Shown: positions 18,460 to 27,105, counted from the stretch's first letter. The stretch is 64,000 nucleotides of DNA from Streptomyces virus StarPlatinum (IMGVR_UViG_2974628900_000001:60305-124304), one strand, 5' to 3'. Made by a program: numbers and translations. Notes: generated by a model from the sequence alone, not told the origin.

Positions 18460-18468
18460 CAGCTTTAT

Positions 18469-18556
18469 GGAGGCGTTAACGTTGGCAGTGTGGAGGGCTC
18501 TTGAAAAGCCCACGGTATAGTGATATGCCGCGAGAGTTCGAATCTCTCCGCCTCCG
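18469..18556 (+). tRNA. tRNA-Ser (anticodon TGA), type II
   Basis: Acceptor ggaggcg/cgcctcc, anticodon stem gggct/agccc, loop ctTGAaa, 20-nt variable arm. Confidence 0.8.
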
Positions 18557-18559
18557 CTT

Positions 18560-18590
18560 AGTCCGGTACATTATTGTGCCGGACTTTTTC
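18560..18590 (+). terminator. rho-independent terminator after tRNA-Ser
   Basis: AGTCCGG-12 nt loop-CCGGACT followed by TTTTT. Confidence 0.65.
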
Positions 18591-18601
18591 ATAGGAGCAC
18601 T

Positions 18602-18754
18602 ATGCTAAGAAAAGGAAAGAAACAAAAGGACTGCTATCACGTCAACGTGAGAAAGATCTACGGAGACGAGATTATCGCAGCCGGATTCAACAGAGCCTAT
18701 TGCTATGATTGCAAGAGGTTTTTGCCAACACTTCCGCCCGAAAGGACTAAATAA
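18602..18754 (+). CDS. small Cys-containing protein
   Basis: AGGAG RBS, 50 aa (MLRKGKKQKDCYHVN...CYDCKRF). Confidence 0.4.
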   Translation: MLRKGKKQKDCYHVNVRKIYGDEIIAAGFNRAYCYDCKRFLPTLPPERTK

Positions 18755-18969
18755 TGGCAATGAGCGATCAGGAAGAAGTTCGCTTTTACTACAGGCTTGT
18801 GCGTGAACTTCCTGAAAAGGAAAGGGCCTACAAGGAGATGCTTAAGAACATCCGTGGTCTTAAGGGTGCAGAAAAGGATAAGGCTTCAAGGAAAGCCCTT
18901 CCTTATGGCATGGAGATTGGTGGAATGAAGGAAACCATCAAGGCTCTAAAGAAGAAGCACAAGCTGTGA
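18754..18969 (+). CDS. hypothetical protein
   Basis: 71-aa charged ORF. Confidence 0.4.
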   Translation: MAMSDQEEVRFYYRLVRELPEKERAYKEMLKNIRGLKGAEKDKASRKALPYGMEIGGMKETIKALKKKHKL

Positions 18970-19358
18970 ACGCTGTGCTCATTGGCGTTCTACTGCATTT
19001 CGTTGGTGACTATCTAATCCAGACGGATTGGATGGCCCAATTGAAGACAAAGAGATGGACACCGGCCATTCTTCACGGAGTGACCTATGGTGCTCCATTT
19101 CTTTTTGTCACGCAGTCATGGCTAGCTCTACTAGTCATCATTGGAACGCACATCATAATTGACCATTATCGCCTGGCTCGTCATGTAGTCTGGGCGAAAA
19201 ACCAATTGGCTCCGCGCGAGTTTAGATACTCCTGGGCCGAAGGTAGCAAGACGGGATACAGAGACGATGCACCTGTGTGGCTTACCACATGGCTTATGAT
19301 CATCGCTGACAACACTATTCATATTGCTATCAATACACTAGCCATCCTCTACCTATGA
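18966..19358 (+). CDS. integral membrane protein
   Basis: 130 aa with about 4 hydrophobic helices. Confidence 0.5.
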   Translation: MNAVLIGVLLHFVGDYLIQTDWMAQLKTKRWTPAILHGVTYGAPFLFVTQSWLALLVIIGTHIIIDHYRLARHVVWAKNQLAPREFRYSWAEGSKTGYRDDAPVWLTTWLMIIADNTIHIAINTLAILYL

Positions 19359-19370
19359 GGGTGGCTTTTG

Positions 19371-19510
19371 TCATGTCACAACTGTCATGACATCGGGGTG
19401 ACATGTCACGGTGACAGTGACACTTCTGTCACGGCCTCTGTCACGCTGTCACGCATTGAAGAATGTCACGGTGTCACTCTGTCACGTGACACTTTTCTGA
19501 TTTGTCACGG
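19371..19510. repeat. array of about 7 direct TGTCACG heptamers plus inverted GTGACA copies
   Basis: catGTCACGgtg, tcTGTCACGgcc, tcTGTCACGctg, gcTGTCACGcat, aaTGTCACGgtg, tcTGTCACGtga, ttTGTCACGggc within 140 bp of intergenic DNA. Confidence 0.7.
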
Positions 19511-19694
19511 GCGCGGCGGGCCGGTGCGGAGGGGTTACGTCTTTGCGGTTCTCCATATATCTAAAGGATACAAGGAAGGAGTTGACAGAACGACAGAGAC
19601 CTGTTAAGGTAAATTATACTGGGAAGAGAAAAGAAATAGAGTACAAGAAATCGATACGGGTATCGATACAAGATAGTATATTAGGATAATATAT

Positions 19695-19949
19695 ATGAGA
19701 CTGTTCGAGCTACATAGAGACATCGACTCATCAGGAGTCAGCGGCACGGGCATCGTTGCTCAGGGCGTAGAGTTTGACAACGGGCAGTGTGCTATGTCAT
19801 GGTTGTCTCAGTGGACCTCAGTCGCCTTGTATCCAGACATTGAGACTCTGGAGGCGATTCATGGACACAATGGCAACACTCGTGTAGTATGGCTAGAAGA
19901 TGATGACGATTACTGGGCAGGCTATCAGTCAGCACCAGTTGGATCTTAA
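19695..19949 (+). CDS. hypothetical protein
   Basis: 84-aa ORF downstream of TTGACA promoter-like site and palindrome ATCGATACGGGTATCGAT. Confidence 0.45.
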   Translation: MRLFELHRDIDSSGVSGTGIVAQGVEFDNGQCAMSWLSQWTSVALYPDIETLEAIHGHNGNTRVVWLEDDDDYWAGYQSAPVGS

Positions 19950-19957
19950 GGACTCAG

Positions 19958-20122
19958 ATGTTCAACGGCTTCGGTGACTTCCTTGACATGGTAGACAGGA
20001 ATATGACACAGTGGGAAGCAGAACAAGAAAAGATCCGAGAAGCATTTGCTGAGGGTGTTACTGTTGAGTTTGATGACGGTGAAGTACGAGAGTACGGCCC
20101 GTTTGACAAGCCCTCACCTTGA
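19958..20122 (+). CDS. small hypothetical protein
   Basis: AAGGA RBS, 54 aa (MFNGFGDFLDMVDRNMTQWEAEQEK...). Confidence 0.35.
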   Translation: MFNGFGDFLDMVDRNMTQWEAEQEKIREAFAEGVTVEFDDGEVREYGPFDKPSP

Positions 20123-20188
20123 TGCTACTGTAGTTAGTAGGTGGTCAGTCGTAAGGGTTACAAAATCCGAATCGGCCCGCCACCCTTT

Positions 20189-20265
20189 GGCCTCTGGGAC
20201 TGCTAGGTTGTGGTCACTGCCCTGTCAAGGCAGACATCAGGCGGGTTCGATTCCCGTAGGGGTCG
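20189..20265 (+). tRNA. tRNA-Asp (anticodon GTC), copy 1
   Basis: Acceptor ggcctct/aggggtc (two G-U pairs), anticodon stem ctgcc/ggcag, loop ctGTCaa; variable region slightly long. Confidence 0.55.
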
Positions 20266-20295
20266 CTTCAATAAGAAAACAACAAGCGAGGTTCA

Positions 20296-20487
20296 ATGAC
20301 CAAGCGAGAAGCTGCCGTTGTGGCAGTATTTACTGGAATACTCATCGGTGACTTTGCCGATATGCACGAGTACATTGAAGAACTGGCTGGCCGTCCTGTA
20401 TGGACACATGAGCTAGCGTCAGAAGAGTTTGCTGCTGAGCTTAAGGAACTAGCCCGGCCAGACTTTATGGAAATCGTTGTAGAGTAA
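20296..20487 (+). CDS. hypothetical protein
   Basis: 63-aa ORF. Confidence 0.4.
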   Translation: MTKREAAVVAVFTGILIGDFADMHEYIEELAGRPVWTHELASEEFAAELKELARPDFMEIVVE

Positions 20488-20502
20488 CCAACAAGGGATA
20501 TT

Positions 20503-20745
20503 ATGGCTGATAAGCTGTGGGAAGTCAGCGGCACATTCGTTCGAAATGGTGCCAAGCGAGAGTTCAACAACGTTTACTCTGGCAAGAACGCTGATGCTGC
20601 AAAGAGCGCGGCGATGAAGGACTACAACACTCATGTTCGAGCTGGTTACGAGAAGAAGGTAAGCTACGGCAAGCTTTCTATTACCAAGGTCGAAGAGTGG
20701 ACCAAGGAGAGGGCTCGCGCCTTTGCCAAGAGTAAGGGCTTCTGA
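20503..20745 (+). CDS. small Lys-rich protein (tandem paralogue 1)
   Basis: 80 aa; pattern WEVSG...SGKNADAAKSAAMKDY echoes next ORF. Confidence 0.45.
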   Translation: MADKLWEVSGTFVRNGAKREFNNVYSGKNADAAKSAAMKDYNTHVRAGYEKKVSYGKLSITKVEEWTKERARAFAKSKGF

Positions 20746-20957
20746 TGGGTAGGGCTAACTGGGATGTCAAAGGAAAGTATGACGTAAAGTACCCTGACGC
20801 AAAGAAGCCGGTGACAGAAGCATACCATCTGTCATTCGAGGCAAAGAGCAAGTCCGATGCTTTGAGTCAGGCGAAGAACGATTTCAGGGCAAACTCCAAG
20901 GTTAATGGATTAGTTTACTCCAATCTCCGCGACCTTGTGGCAACGCCAATCAAGTAA
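20745..20957 (+). CDS. small Lys-rich protein (tandem paralogue 2)
   Basis: 70 aa; WDVKG...KSKSDALSQAKNDF. Confidence 0.45.
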   Translation: MGRANWDVKGKYDVKYPDAKKPVTEAYHLSFEAKSKSDALSQAKNDFRANSKVNGLVYSNLRDLVATPIK

Positions 20958-20977
20958 GACTTGCCCTTCGGGGCTAA

Positions 20978-21048
20978 CCCGGCGTAGTGTAATGGAAACA
21001 CGATACGTTGTCAGCGTATTATCGAGGGTTCGATTCCCTTCGTCGGGA
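20978..21048 (+). tRNA. tRNA-Asp (anticodon GTC), copy 2
   Basis: Acceptor cccggcg/cgtcggg, D gtgt/acac, anticodon stem atacg/cgtat, loop ttGTCag; preceded by GCCC-UUCG-GGGC hairpin. Confidence 0.65.
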
Positions 21049-21053
21049 CTTTT

Positions 21054-21128
21054 GGGTCGAATGACTATCGGTTATCTGTCTATGAAACAGACTGAAACAC
21101 GGTTCGAATCCGTGGATTGCTTTGGATG
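21054..21128 (+). ncRNA. Y-RNA-like element, copy b (5' module + GAA-loop hairpin + canonical T-arm)
   Basis: GGGTCGAATGActatCGGTTATCTGTCTatgaaacAGAC then cacggTTCGAATccgtg; no complementary 3' acceptor; 0.5 kb upstream of Ro60 gene. Confidence 0.45.
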
Positions 21129-21171
21129 CTAGGTTTACGGTCGATGTCAACAACTTACCCATACAACTTAA

Positions 21172-21246
21172 TTCGGGCCGAATGGAATCGGTTATCTTAC
21201 ACTGCAAATATAAGGTCGATTCCTACCAACTTGCCCGATCTTTTCA
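21172..21246 (+). ncRNA. Y-RNA-like element, copy c (closing stem TCGGGC/GCCCGA + U-tail)
   Basis: tcGGGCCGAATGGaatCGGTTATCTTACA...aaggTCGATTCct...GCCCGAtcttttc; 5' and 3' ends pair, T-rich tail; 0.4 kb upstream of Ro60 gene. Confidence 0.45.
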
Positions 21247-21267
21247 TTTCTACGGAAGGATCAAAGG

Positions 21268-21603
21268 TTGGACACCGAAGCACGCATTGCGCGTTTCAAG
21301 GAGCTATGGTCATCAGGCCAGAGCTATTGGGCAGAAGATATCGTTGACGAAATCAACGAAGAACTCGGTGAAGATGAGTTCAAGCTAAAGCATGTAGAGA
21401 CAGTCGAAGAGGCTACTTCTCGCTGGATGGATCACATGCTAGATATCGTTGAGATTGATGAAGGTGTCTTTGTCGGAGTACGCTGGGAAAGCGGTAAGAC
21501 AGAGATGCAAGAAAACATGTATGAAGACGATGATGTCTATCTGCTTGAACGAGTAGAGAAGGTCGTCACCACTGTTGAGTGGAATGACGTAAAGACTCTC
21601 TAA
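21268..21603 (+). CDS. hypothetical acidic protein
   Basis: 111 aa, TTG start with GGAAGGA RBS. Confidence 0.45.
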   Translation: MDTEARIARFKELWSSGQSYWAEDIVDEINEELGEDEFKLKHVETVEEATSRWMDHMLDIVEIDEGVFVGVRWESGKTEMQENMYEDDDVYLLERVEKVVTTVEWNDVKTL

Positions 21604-21638
21604 AACTAAATGCCCTACAAGGGCCGGAAAGGAAAGAA

Positions 21639-23267
21639 ATGTCCAACGCACTAACTAATGCCGCAAAGGCAACCAACAAGACTTCTCAGAATCTGCCAGC
21701 AAAGGCAGGACAGGTCAAGAACAACGCTGGTGGATTCGTCTTCCAGGTTTCTGATCAGTCTCGCCTTGAGCGATTTCTGATTCTTGGAACTGATGGAGGA
21801 ACGTATTACGTTTCTGAGGTTAACCACACTCAGTCAAACGTGACCTTCCTCAACGAGATGATTGCCCGAGACGAAGCCTCTGTACTGAACACAATCGTTG
21901 ATGTATCTGTCAATGGTCGTGCGTACAAGCAGTCTCCTGCCCTGTTCGCTCTAGCCTCTGTCATTGTCAACGGCAAGGATAAGCAGGCGGTCAAGGCGGT
22001 ATTCAACAAGGTCGTAAGGACTGCTACTCACCTCTACGAGGTAGTTAACTATCTTAACGAGCTTGGTGGATGGGGTCGCGCAAAGCGAGAAATCGTAGCT
22101 GGCTGGTTCGACAAGGACGCTGATAAGCTTGCTTATCAGGCTGTCAAGTATCGTTCCCGCACGTTCGGTGGAAACACCTGGACGCTACGAGACGTAATGC
22201 GAAAGGCTCACCCACAGAACGTTAACACGTCTGTTGCTGATTTCGTCCTAGGCAAGGAGCACGCGGCTGTAGATGACCTTCGGGTTATCGAGGGCTTCAA
22301 GCTTATGCAGAAGGCGGAGTCTGTAGAGGCTGTGCACGCAGTTCTGCGGGATTACGAGATGCTTAGCTGGGAGACCATTCCAACGCAGTTCCTCACGGAT
22401 GCTAGCGTTTGGAAGCGACTCTTTGCTAATGGTCAGCTTCGTGGTCAGGCTGCTGTTCGAAACATTACTCGCCTCGCGCGTATTGGTGCTTTCAAGGACA
22501 TGCGGTTCGCTGCGAACTTTGCTAGCCAGCTAGCGAATGAGGAAATGATTCGTCAATCTCGACTGCACCCAATTAACTTCCTTAACGCTGCCGTTGTTTA
22601 TGCCGATGGCCAGGTGGATCGAAAGAACATCTGGGGTGGACGTGTAAAGAACTGGGAGACTGAGGGTGTTATTGTCGATGCAATCGATGAGGCGTTCCAC
22701 AAGTCATTCAAGACCATTGAGCCAGCCGGTAAGAGGACGATGCTAGCCATCGACTGTTCCGGTTCAATGAGCACACAGGCTATGGGTCTCGACCTAAGCT
22801 GTGCGCAGGTTGCTGGCGCTATGGCAATGACCATTGCTCGTACTGAGCCAGCTCACATCATCCGTGGTTTCTCTTCCAAGGGATACAACTGGCGTGATAG
22901 CGGTATGGCCGAACTAAAGATCACCAGCCGTAGCTCTCTTGCTCAGGCAATGAGTGCAATGCGTGCGGTGAACTGGGGAGGCACAGACTGCTCACTTCCA
23001 ATGACGTGGGCGCTTGAGAATGGCGTAGAGGTTGACACCTTCGTCGTTATCACTGATAACGAGACGTGGGCTGGAAAGATTCACCCATTCCAGGCTCTTA
23101 AGAAGTACCGCAAGGAAATGGGAATTGACGCAAGGCTCGCTGTTCTAGGAGTCGCTTCAACTCCATTTACTATCGCTGATCCTAGCGATAGCGGCATGAT
23201 GGACTTCGTTGGCTTTGATAGCAACGCTCCACGTGTTCTTGCTGACTTCTCCGCAGGTCGCATCTGA
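21639..23267 (+). CDS. rsr: Ro60/Rsr-like ribonucleoprotein (TROVE domain + vWA domain)
   Basis: RLERFLILGTDGGTYY matches Ro60 signature RLHRFLCFGSEGGTYY; PALFALASV matches PMLFALAIC; C-terminal vWA MIDAS AIDCSGSM; 542 aa. Confidence 0.9.
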   Translation: MSNALTNAAKATNKTSQNLPAKAGQVKNNAGGFVFQVSDQSRLERFLILGTDGGTYYVSEVNHTQSNVTFLNEMIARDEASVLNTIVDVSVNGRAYKQSPALFALASVIVNGKDKQAVKAVFNKVVRTATHLYEVVNYLNELGGWGRAKREIVAGWFDKDADKLAYQAVKYRSRTFGGNTWTLRDVMRKAHPQNVNTSVADFVLGKEHAAVDDLRVIEGFKLMQKAESVEAVHAVLRDYEMLSWETIPTQFLTDASVWKRLFANGQLRGQAAVRNITRLARIGAFKDMRFAANFASQLANEEMIRQSRLHPINFLNAAVVYADGQVDRKNIWGGRVKNWETEGVIVDAIDEAFHKSFKTIEPAGKRTMLAIDCSGSMSTQAMGLDLSCAQVAGAMAMTIARTEPAHIIRGFSSKGYNWRDSGMAELKITSRSSLAQAMSAMRAVNWGGTDCSLPMTWALENGVEVDTFVVITDNETWAGKIHPFQALKKYRKEMGIDARLAVLGVASTPFTIADPSDSGMMDFVGFDSNAPRVLADFSAGRI

Positions 23268-23272
23268 GCAAA

Positions 23273-23298
23273 ACCCCTTCTTCGGAAGGGGTTTTTGC
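23273..23298 (+). terminator. rho-independent terminator after rsr
   Basis: CCCCTTC-TTCG-GAAGGGG followed by TTTTT. Confidence 0.75.
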
Positions 23299-23482
23299 TA
23301 TACTAGATAGATGATAAGTAAAGAAGAACGAAAAGAACTCAAGCTTGCAAGATCAAAGGCAGAACTTGTAAGAACTGTGACAAGCATCTTTCAGATGATT
23401 ATTGCTTCTGCCACTCTCATCATCCTGGTGTACGTCAACTTCCTACGTTGACAAGCTGATCGAGATGCGATAGCTTAGAGAC

Positions 23483-23668
23483 ATGAAAGAGGACGAGCCA
23501 GGAGTAACACTCTCCAGTCTGTTCCATATGATCTTTCGCAGGTCTGCCAAGGAACGCCCGGCGATAGAAGAGTCTACTTGTGGTCATTGTAAGACTAAGT
23601 ACAATGTCAACGTAGGACACATGTGTCCCTACATCAGAGAACTCTACTCCAAACTGGGGGAGCAATGA
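23483..23668 (+). CDS. small Cys/His protein
   Basis: 61 aa, CGHC...HMCPY. Confidence 0.4.
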   Translation: MKEDEPGVTLSSLFHMIFRRSAKERPAIEESTCGHCKTKYNVNVGHMCPYIRELYSKLGEQ

Positions 23669-23877
23669 ATTACGAGACTCGAACGTATCGATTCTCTGGA
23701 TCAATGAAGCTTGCCGACGAGATTGCTATGCTTGCAATTAAGTATCAGCTTCGAGTGAGCACCCGCACGAACACAGGCATCATCAAGAAGTCTCACTTCT
23801 TTGAGATCTTCGGTGACACCCCTGCCTTTGCCCGATTTGAGTCAGCAATGGAAAGCACTAAGCGGAGGCTTAAGTGA
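23665..23877 (+). CDS. hypothetical protein
   Basis: 70 aa from internal ATG (ATGA overlap). Confidence 0.4.
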   Translation: MNYETRTYRFSGSMKLADEIAMLAIKYQLRVSTRTNTGIIKKSHFFEIFGDTPAFARFESAMESTKRRLK

Positions 23878-24245
23878 CATTTGAACAGAAGTTCAAGCAG
23901 GCTTTCAAGAATACTCGCAAGGCGAACGTTACTGCTAAGATGCAGGTTCAGGAGTGTTGTCGAGGCTGCATCAATAAGGAAAAGCTTGGCATGGATTCTG
24001 ACTCCGATCCGTATGTTTACACATATGCTGGTCAGGGTTCAAGGCTTCGGTTCGCGGGTGATTCAGTTGTGTATGCTGACACCCGTAACCCTGTTCCTCA
24101 CATCTACGTCTATCACGGAAACGGCGGCGGCGAGAAGTTCGCAGAGGTTGCCAAGTCTCTTGGTCTTGATGTAGAGTGGGACGGAAGTCAGTGGTCAGCA
24201 ATCGTGGTAAAGGTGCCCAATGAAGGAATGCCCGGTCTGCGGTAA
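23874..24245 (+). CDS. hypothetical protein
   Basis: 123-aa ORF. Confidence 0.45.
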   Translation: MTFEQKFKQAFKNTRKANVTAKMQVQECCRGCINKEKLGMDSDSDPYVYTYAGQGSRLRFAGDSVVYADTRNPVPHIYVYHGNGGGEKFAEVAKSLGLDVEWDGSQWSAIVVKVPNEGMPGLR

Positions 24246-24537
24246 CGAAAAGGAACTTGATGAGTTTGGCAGGCAGATCACTAATCCTGCCAAGTTTTAC
24301 AAGTGGTGTCGTGACTGCCGCCTCGCCCTGAATCGCAAGAAGCGAAACAATTTCGATGAAGGCCGAGAGCTTCGGTCAAAGACCATTCAGCTTCGTAAGC
24401 TGACCGATTCACAAGTGACAGAGGTCAAGCTTCTTGCCGAGTGGGATACTCCTTATTCAGAGATCGCTAGTCAATATGGTGTGTCTGTAACTACAATTTC
24501 AAAGGTCGTAAACAGAGGCTATGCAAACGTTTACTGA
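24220..24537 (+). CDS. zinc-ribbon + HTH putative transcription regulator
   Basis: CPVCG...CRDC then HTH-like YSEIASQYGVSVTTISKVVNRG. Confidence 0.5.
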   Translation: MKECPVCGNEKELDEFGRQITNPAKFYKWCRDCRLALNRKKRNNFDEGRELRSKTIQLRKLTDSQVTEVKLLAEWDTPYSEIASQYGVSVTTISKVVNRGYANVY

Positions 24538-24763
24538 CATGACTGGTCGCCTGCTGAATGTGGGCGATAAAGTCATTTTCGCTAGGCCACGAGGTGGCAA
24601 TTCAAATGGTGGAATACTGGACGCTGGCACTATTGTCAAGATCAATAGTGATTCAGGCGTGATTTCCATCCGTGTTGACAACGGTCCTAAGTCCAAGTAT
24701 GGTAAAAGGACAGTAGCCACTCCGTGGCACGAAAGAAAGTTCTATAAGCTGGAGGACCAGTGA
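24521..24763 (+). CDS. small KOW/SH3-like protein (family member)
   Basis: 80 aa, VGDKVIFARPRGGNSNGGILDAGTIVKI. Confidence 0.45.
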   Translation: MQTFTDMTGRLLNVGDKVIFARPRGGNSNGGILDAGTIVKINSDSGVISIRVDNGPKSKYGKRTVATPWHERKFYKLEDQ

Positions 24764-24963
24764 GAAAGATCGCAGAAGCATATGTTGATGATGAAAACGG
24801 CCTGGTGCTGGTAAAGACCAAGAGCGGAACATACACAACATATCTTTCAACCGATACAGTAGAAGACGAACTCAGGCGCTATAGAATTCGTAGCGATATT
24901 CCAAAGCTCGTGGCGGCTTCTCTCAAGCGTCTCATTGGCTTCCTTGGGAGGACCAATGTCTAA
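24760..24963 (+). CDS. hypothetical protein
   Basis: 67-aa ORF. Confidence 0.4.
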   Translation: MRKIAEAYVDDENGLVLVKTKSGTYTTYLSTDTVEDELRRYRIRSDIPKLVAASLKRLIGFLGRTNV

Positions 24964-25348
24964 TAGCTGGTTTCATGCTGTAAGCAGCTCTCGTAAGTGG
25001 GGCGGAAAGCCAGAAGACTACCTAGCTATCCATGAATGGATTGATGGATCAAAGGCACATTTTGGTGACGCTCGTCACCGTGCTCTGCGCCACCACACCG
25101 AAGGGTGTTGGGAGGCTGAGAGAGTCTTTGGACCAACTATCACGGTAATGAAGAAAAACGGTATGGGCTCCCATCAGGTTCCTGTTAGGGAAATTGCAGA
25201 GCAGCACGTTTTCGAGGATCTAGGGCGCATTCCTAGTCTCGCTGACTGGCTGGAGTGCATGACCTTGAAGACCTGGATGGGTGGAAAGATCAAGAAGTTC
25301 TTGGGACGCGAGGACGTTCTAAACAACATTGTTAAGGATGCAAAGTGA
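24935..25348 (+). CDS. hypothetical protein
   Basis: 137-aa ORF. Confidence 0.45.
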   Translation: MASLGGPMSNSWFHAVSSSRKWGGKPEDYLAIHEWIDGSKAHFGDARHRALRHHTEGCWEAERVFGPTITVMKKNGMGSHQVPVREIAEQHVFEDLGRIPSLADWLECMTLKTWMGGKIKKFLGREDVLNNIVKDAK

Positions 25349-25890
25349 GTGAACTAGAAGAAGTAACCGGACGCCCAATTACGGGTGATCGTCAGTACGC
25401 CTCAAGCCATATGGTTGAGCAGCGTGATCCAAGAGAGTTCGTAGAGGCTATGGATGCTGTACTTGCGCATCCTAATGTAGTTGCTGTAAAGTGGACTCAG
25501 TACACACCGGGATTTAACGACGGAGAGCCATGTACCTTTGATGGTCATTCTCCAGAGGTCAAGGTTGTAGGCTTCCCAAATCCAGAAGAGGATGTTGAGC
25601 TGGAGTCCGGAGACTACCTCAATGACTCAGAAGATGGAGTTTGGCTATCTGAGTACGATCTCTATGAGTATCGTAACGAGGCCGGTGAGAGAGATTACCG
25701 TAATGGTAAGAGAGTCTATGAAGTAGGTGGACTCGACACTACTGAAATCTCTAAGCTACTTGGAGACTTCGAAGGCTGTGTAACTTCTGGTGCACACGAC
25801 GTATGGATGAATACCAACTTTGGTGATCCTGCGGAAGTTGTTGCTACACCAGAGGGCTTCGAGGTAGAATACTACGAGTGCGGTTACTGA
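25345..25890 (+). CDS. hypothetical acidic protein
   Basis: 181-aa ORF. Confidence 0.45.
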   Translation: MSELEEVTGRPITGDRQYASSHMVEQRDPREFVEAMDAVLAHPNVVAVKWTQYTPGFNDGEPCTFDGHSPEVKVVGFPNPEEDVELESGDYLNDSEDGVWLSEYDLYEYRNEAGERDYRNGKRVYEVGGLDTTEISKLLGDFEGCVTSGAHDVWMNTNFGDPAEVVATPEGFEVEYYECGY

Positions 25891-25898
25891 GGAGTTAA

Positions 25899-26084
25899 AT
25901 GTCTATTGACAAGATCGATGCTGAGCGCATCCTAGACGTTCTGACCAGTCATGTTGACGGAGACTGGAACGATGGTCTAGAGTGTTATGTATCAGCAAGT
26001 CACGACGGCGAGACCTTGAAGGTTACCGTTACTGACGATGATGAGAAGAAGAAGGTTTTCTATCTCACACTCGAAAGTGACTGA
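25899..26084 (+). CDS. hypothetical acidic protein
   Basis: 61-aa ORF. Confidence 0.35.
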   Translation: MSIDKIDAERILDVLTSHVDGDWNDGLECYVSASHDGETLKVTVTDDDEKKKVFYLTLESD

Positions 26085-26138
26085 TCCTCTTTCATAATCA
26101 TTAGTCATATATAATGGCTAATGAAAGAGAGGTGAAGC

Positions 26139-26411
26139 ATGGCTTACTACCAGATTTCTCAGTTCTACTACAACTCAGAGACGAACAACATCGTTGTTCA
26201 GTTCTCCCTAGTTGGTGAGCCACCAGAGTATGAAACAAACGCTGGTGACCTACCTTACGACGTTTACGAAGCTGAAATCTTCCTAGACGCAGGGCAGAAC
26301 AAGGTGGGACAGTACATTCCTGGATCTGCTGATGGAACAATTCTTCCGCAGACTCTTGGGCGTGACATCGGTCAATCTCCTGCGGAGATTCCTGAGAACC
26401 CACTACCTTGA
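26139..26411 (+). CDS. hypothetical protein
   Basis: 90-aa ORF with RBS GAGAGGTG. Confidence 0.45.
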   Translation: MAYYQISQFYYNSETNNIVVQFSLVGEPPEYETNAGDLPYDVYEAEIFLDAGQNKVGQYIPGSADGTILPQTLGRDIGQSPAEIPENPLP

Positions 26412-26480
26412 GTTGACAGAGCTTGAGGACTACGATAGACTAGCTATACAGCGCAGGACGGAGCGCTTTAATCCGTTCAT

Positions 26481-26556
26481 GCCCCGGTAGGATAGTCCGG
26501 TCCAATCCGCCAGACTCTCAATCTGGAGAACACGGGTTCAAATCCCGTTCGGGGTA
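26481..26556 (+). tRNA. tRNA-Glu (anticodon CTC)
   Basis: TTGACA-17-TAGACT promoter and AGCGC hairpin upstream; acceptor gccccgg/tcggggt, anticodon stem ccaga/tctgg, loop ctCTCaa. Confidence 0.7.
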
Positions 26557-26557
26557 C

Positions 26558-26806
26558 GTGCCAGCAAAGATACCAACCCAAATAGAAGCAAGAATAGTAG
26601 TGGCCATTTTAAGTGGAATCATCGGCGCACTACTACTAAGCTTCCTCTTAATGGGATGTATCGCTGAAAGCAATGAAACAAGCAAGATGAAAGCTTGTGT
26701 TTCTAAGAACATGGAGTGGGTAAACGCGCCCGGTGGCCCGGAGTGCAGGAAGCCACTTGACAGACTACCAGAACCAAGCTACAGTAGTACAAGTAAGCCA
26801 GAGTAA
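26558..26806 (+). CDS. putative lipoprotein
   Basis: GTG start; hydrophobic N-terminus ending in lipobox-like LLMGC. Confidence 0.4.
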   Translation: MPAKIPTQIEARIVVAILSGIIGALLLSFLLMGCIAESNETSKMKACVSKNMEWVNAPGGPECRKPLDRLPEPSYSSTSKPE

Positions 26807-26848
26807 ATCCTCACGAAGTCACATAAGAAGTTGACAAGAGGAGGCACA

Positions 26849-27088
26849 ATGGATACGATGGAATACATCGAGTACATCAAGCAGTTCCCGAAGTGCGAGC
26901 GGTGTGAGAAGTATGCTTGTCCACCACACGTATATAAGGATCGCTCAATTACTCGATATGATTACAGCATGGTCTGTGATGGGATTCCTACCTGGGGTCC
27001 TGATCCATTCGCAGAAGAGATTCACGGCGATCACTCTGATTACTTCATGTGTGATGGTGAACGTTATGAATCTGGTCAGGATATCTGA
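26849..27088 (+). CDS. Cys/His-rich small protein
   Basis: AGGAGG RBS, 79 aa, CERCEKYACPPH...C...H.DH...C. Confidence 0.5.
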   Translation: MDTMEYIEYIKQFPKCERCEKYACPPHVYKDRSITRYDYSMVCDGIPTWGPDPFAEEIHGDHSDYFMCDGERYESGQDI

Positions 27089-27105
27089 CAGCCCGGAAGG
27101 GCAAT

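Noticed and set aside
19371-19510. Possible CRISPR array
   Set aside because: Repeat unit is only 7 nt with irregular 5-20 nt spacing, and there are no cas genes. It is more consistent with protein-binding iterons.
19368-19607. 79-aa ORF rich in Cys/His/Thr (MSCHNCHDIGVTCHGDSD...)
   Set aside because: It is the translation of the TGTCACG/GTGACA repeat array. There is no RBS and composition is repeat-driven.
20046-20351. 101-aa + strand ORF
   Set aside because: It overlaps tRNA-Asp (20189..20265) and has Ser/Arg-rich low-complexity composition.
14276-21246. Interpreting the GGGYCGAATGG...CGGTTATC elements as ordinary tRNAs
   Set aside because: No complementary 3' acceptor strand exists for any copy and the anticodon region does not form a 5-bp/7-nt arm. 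They are kept as Y-RNA-like candidates instead.
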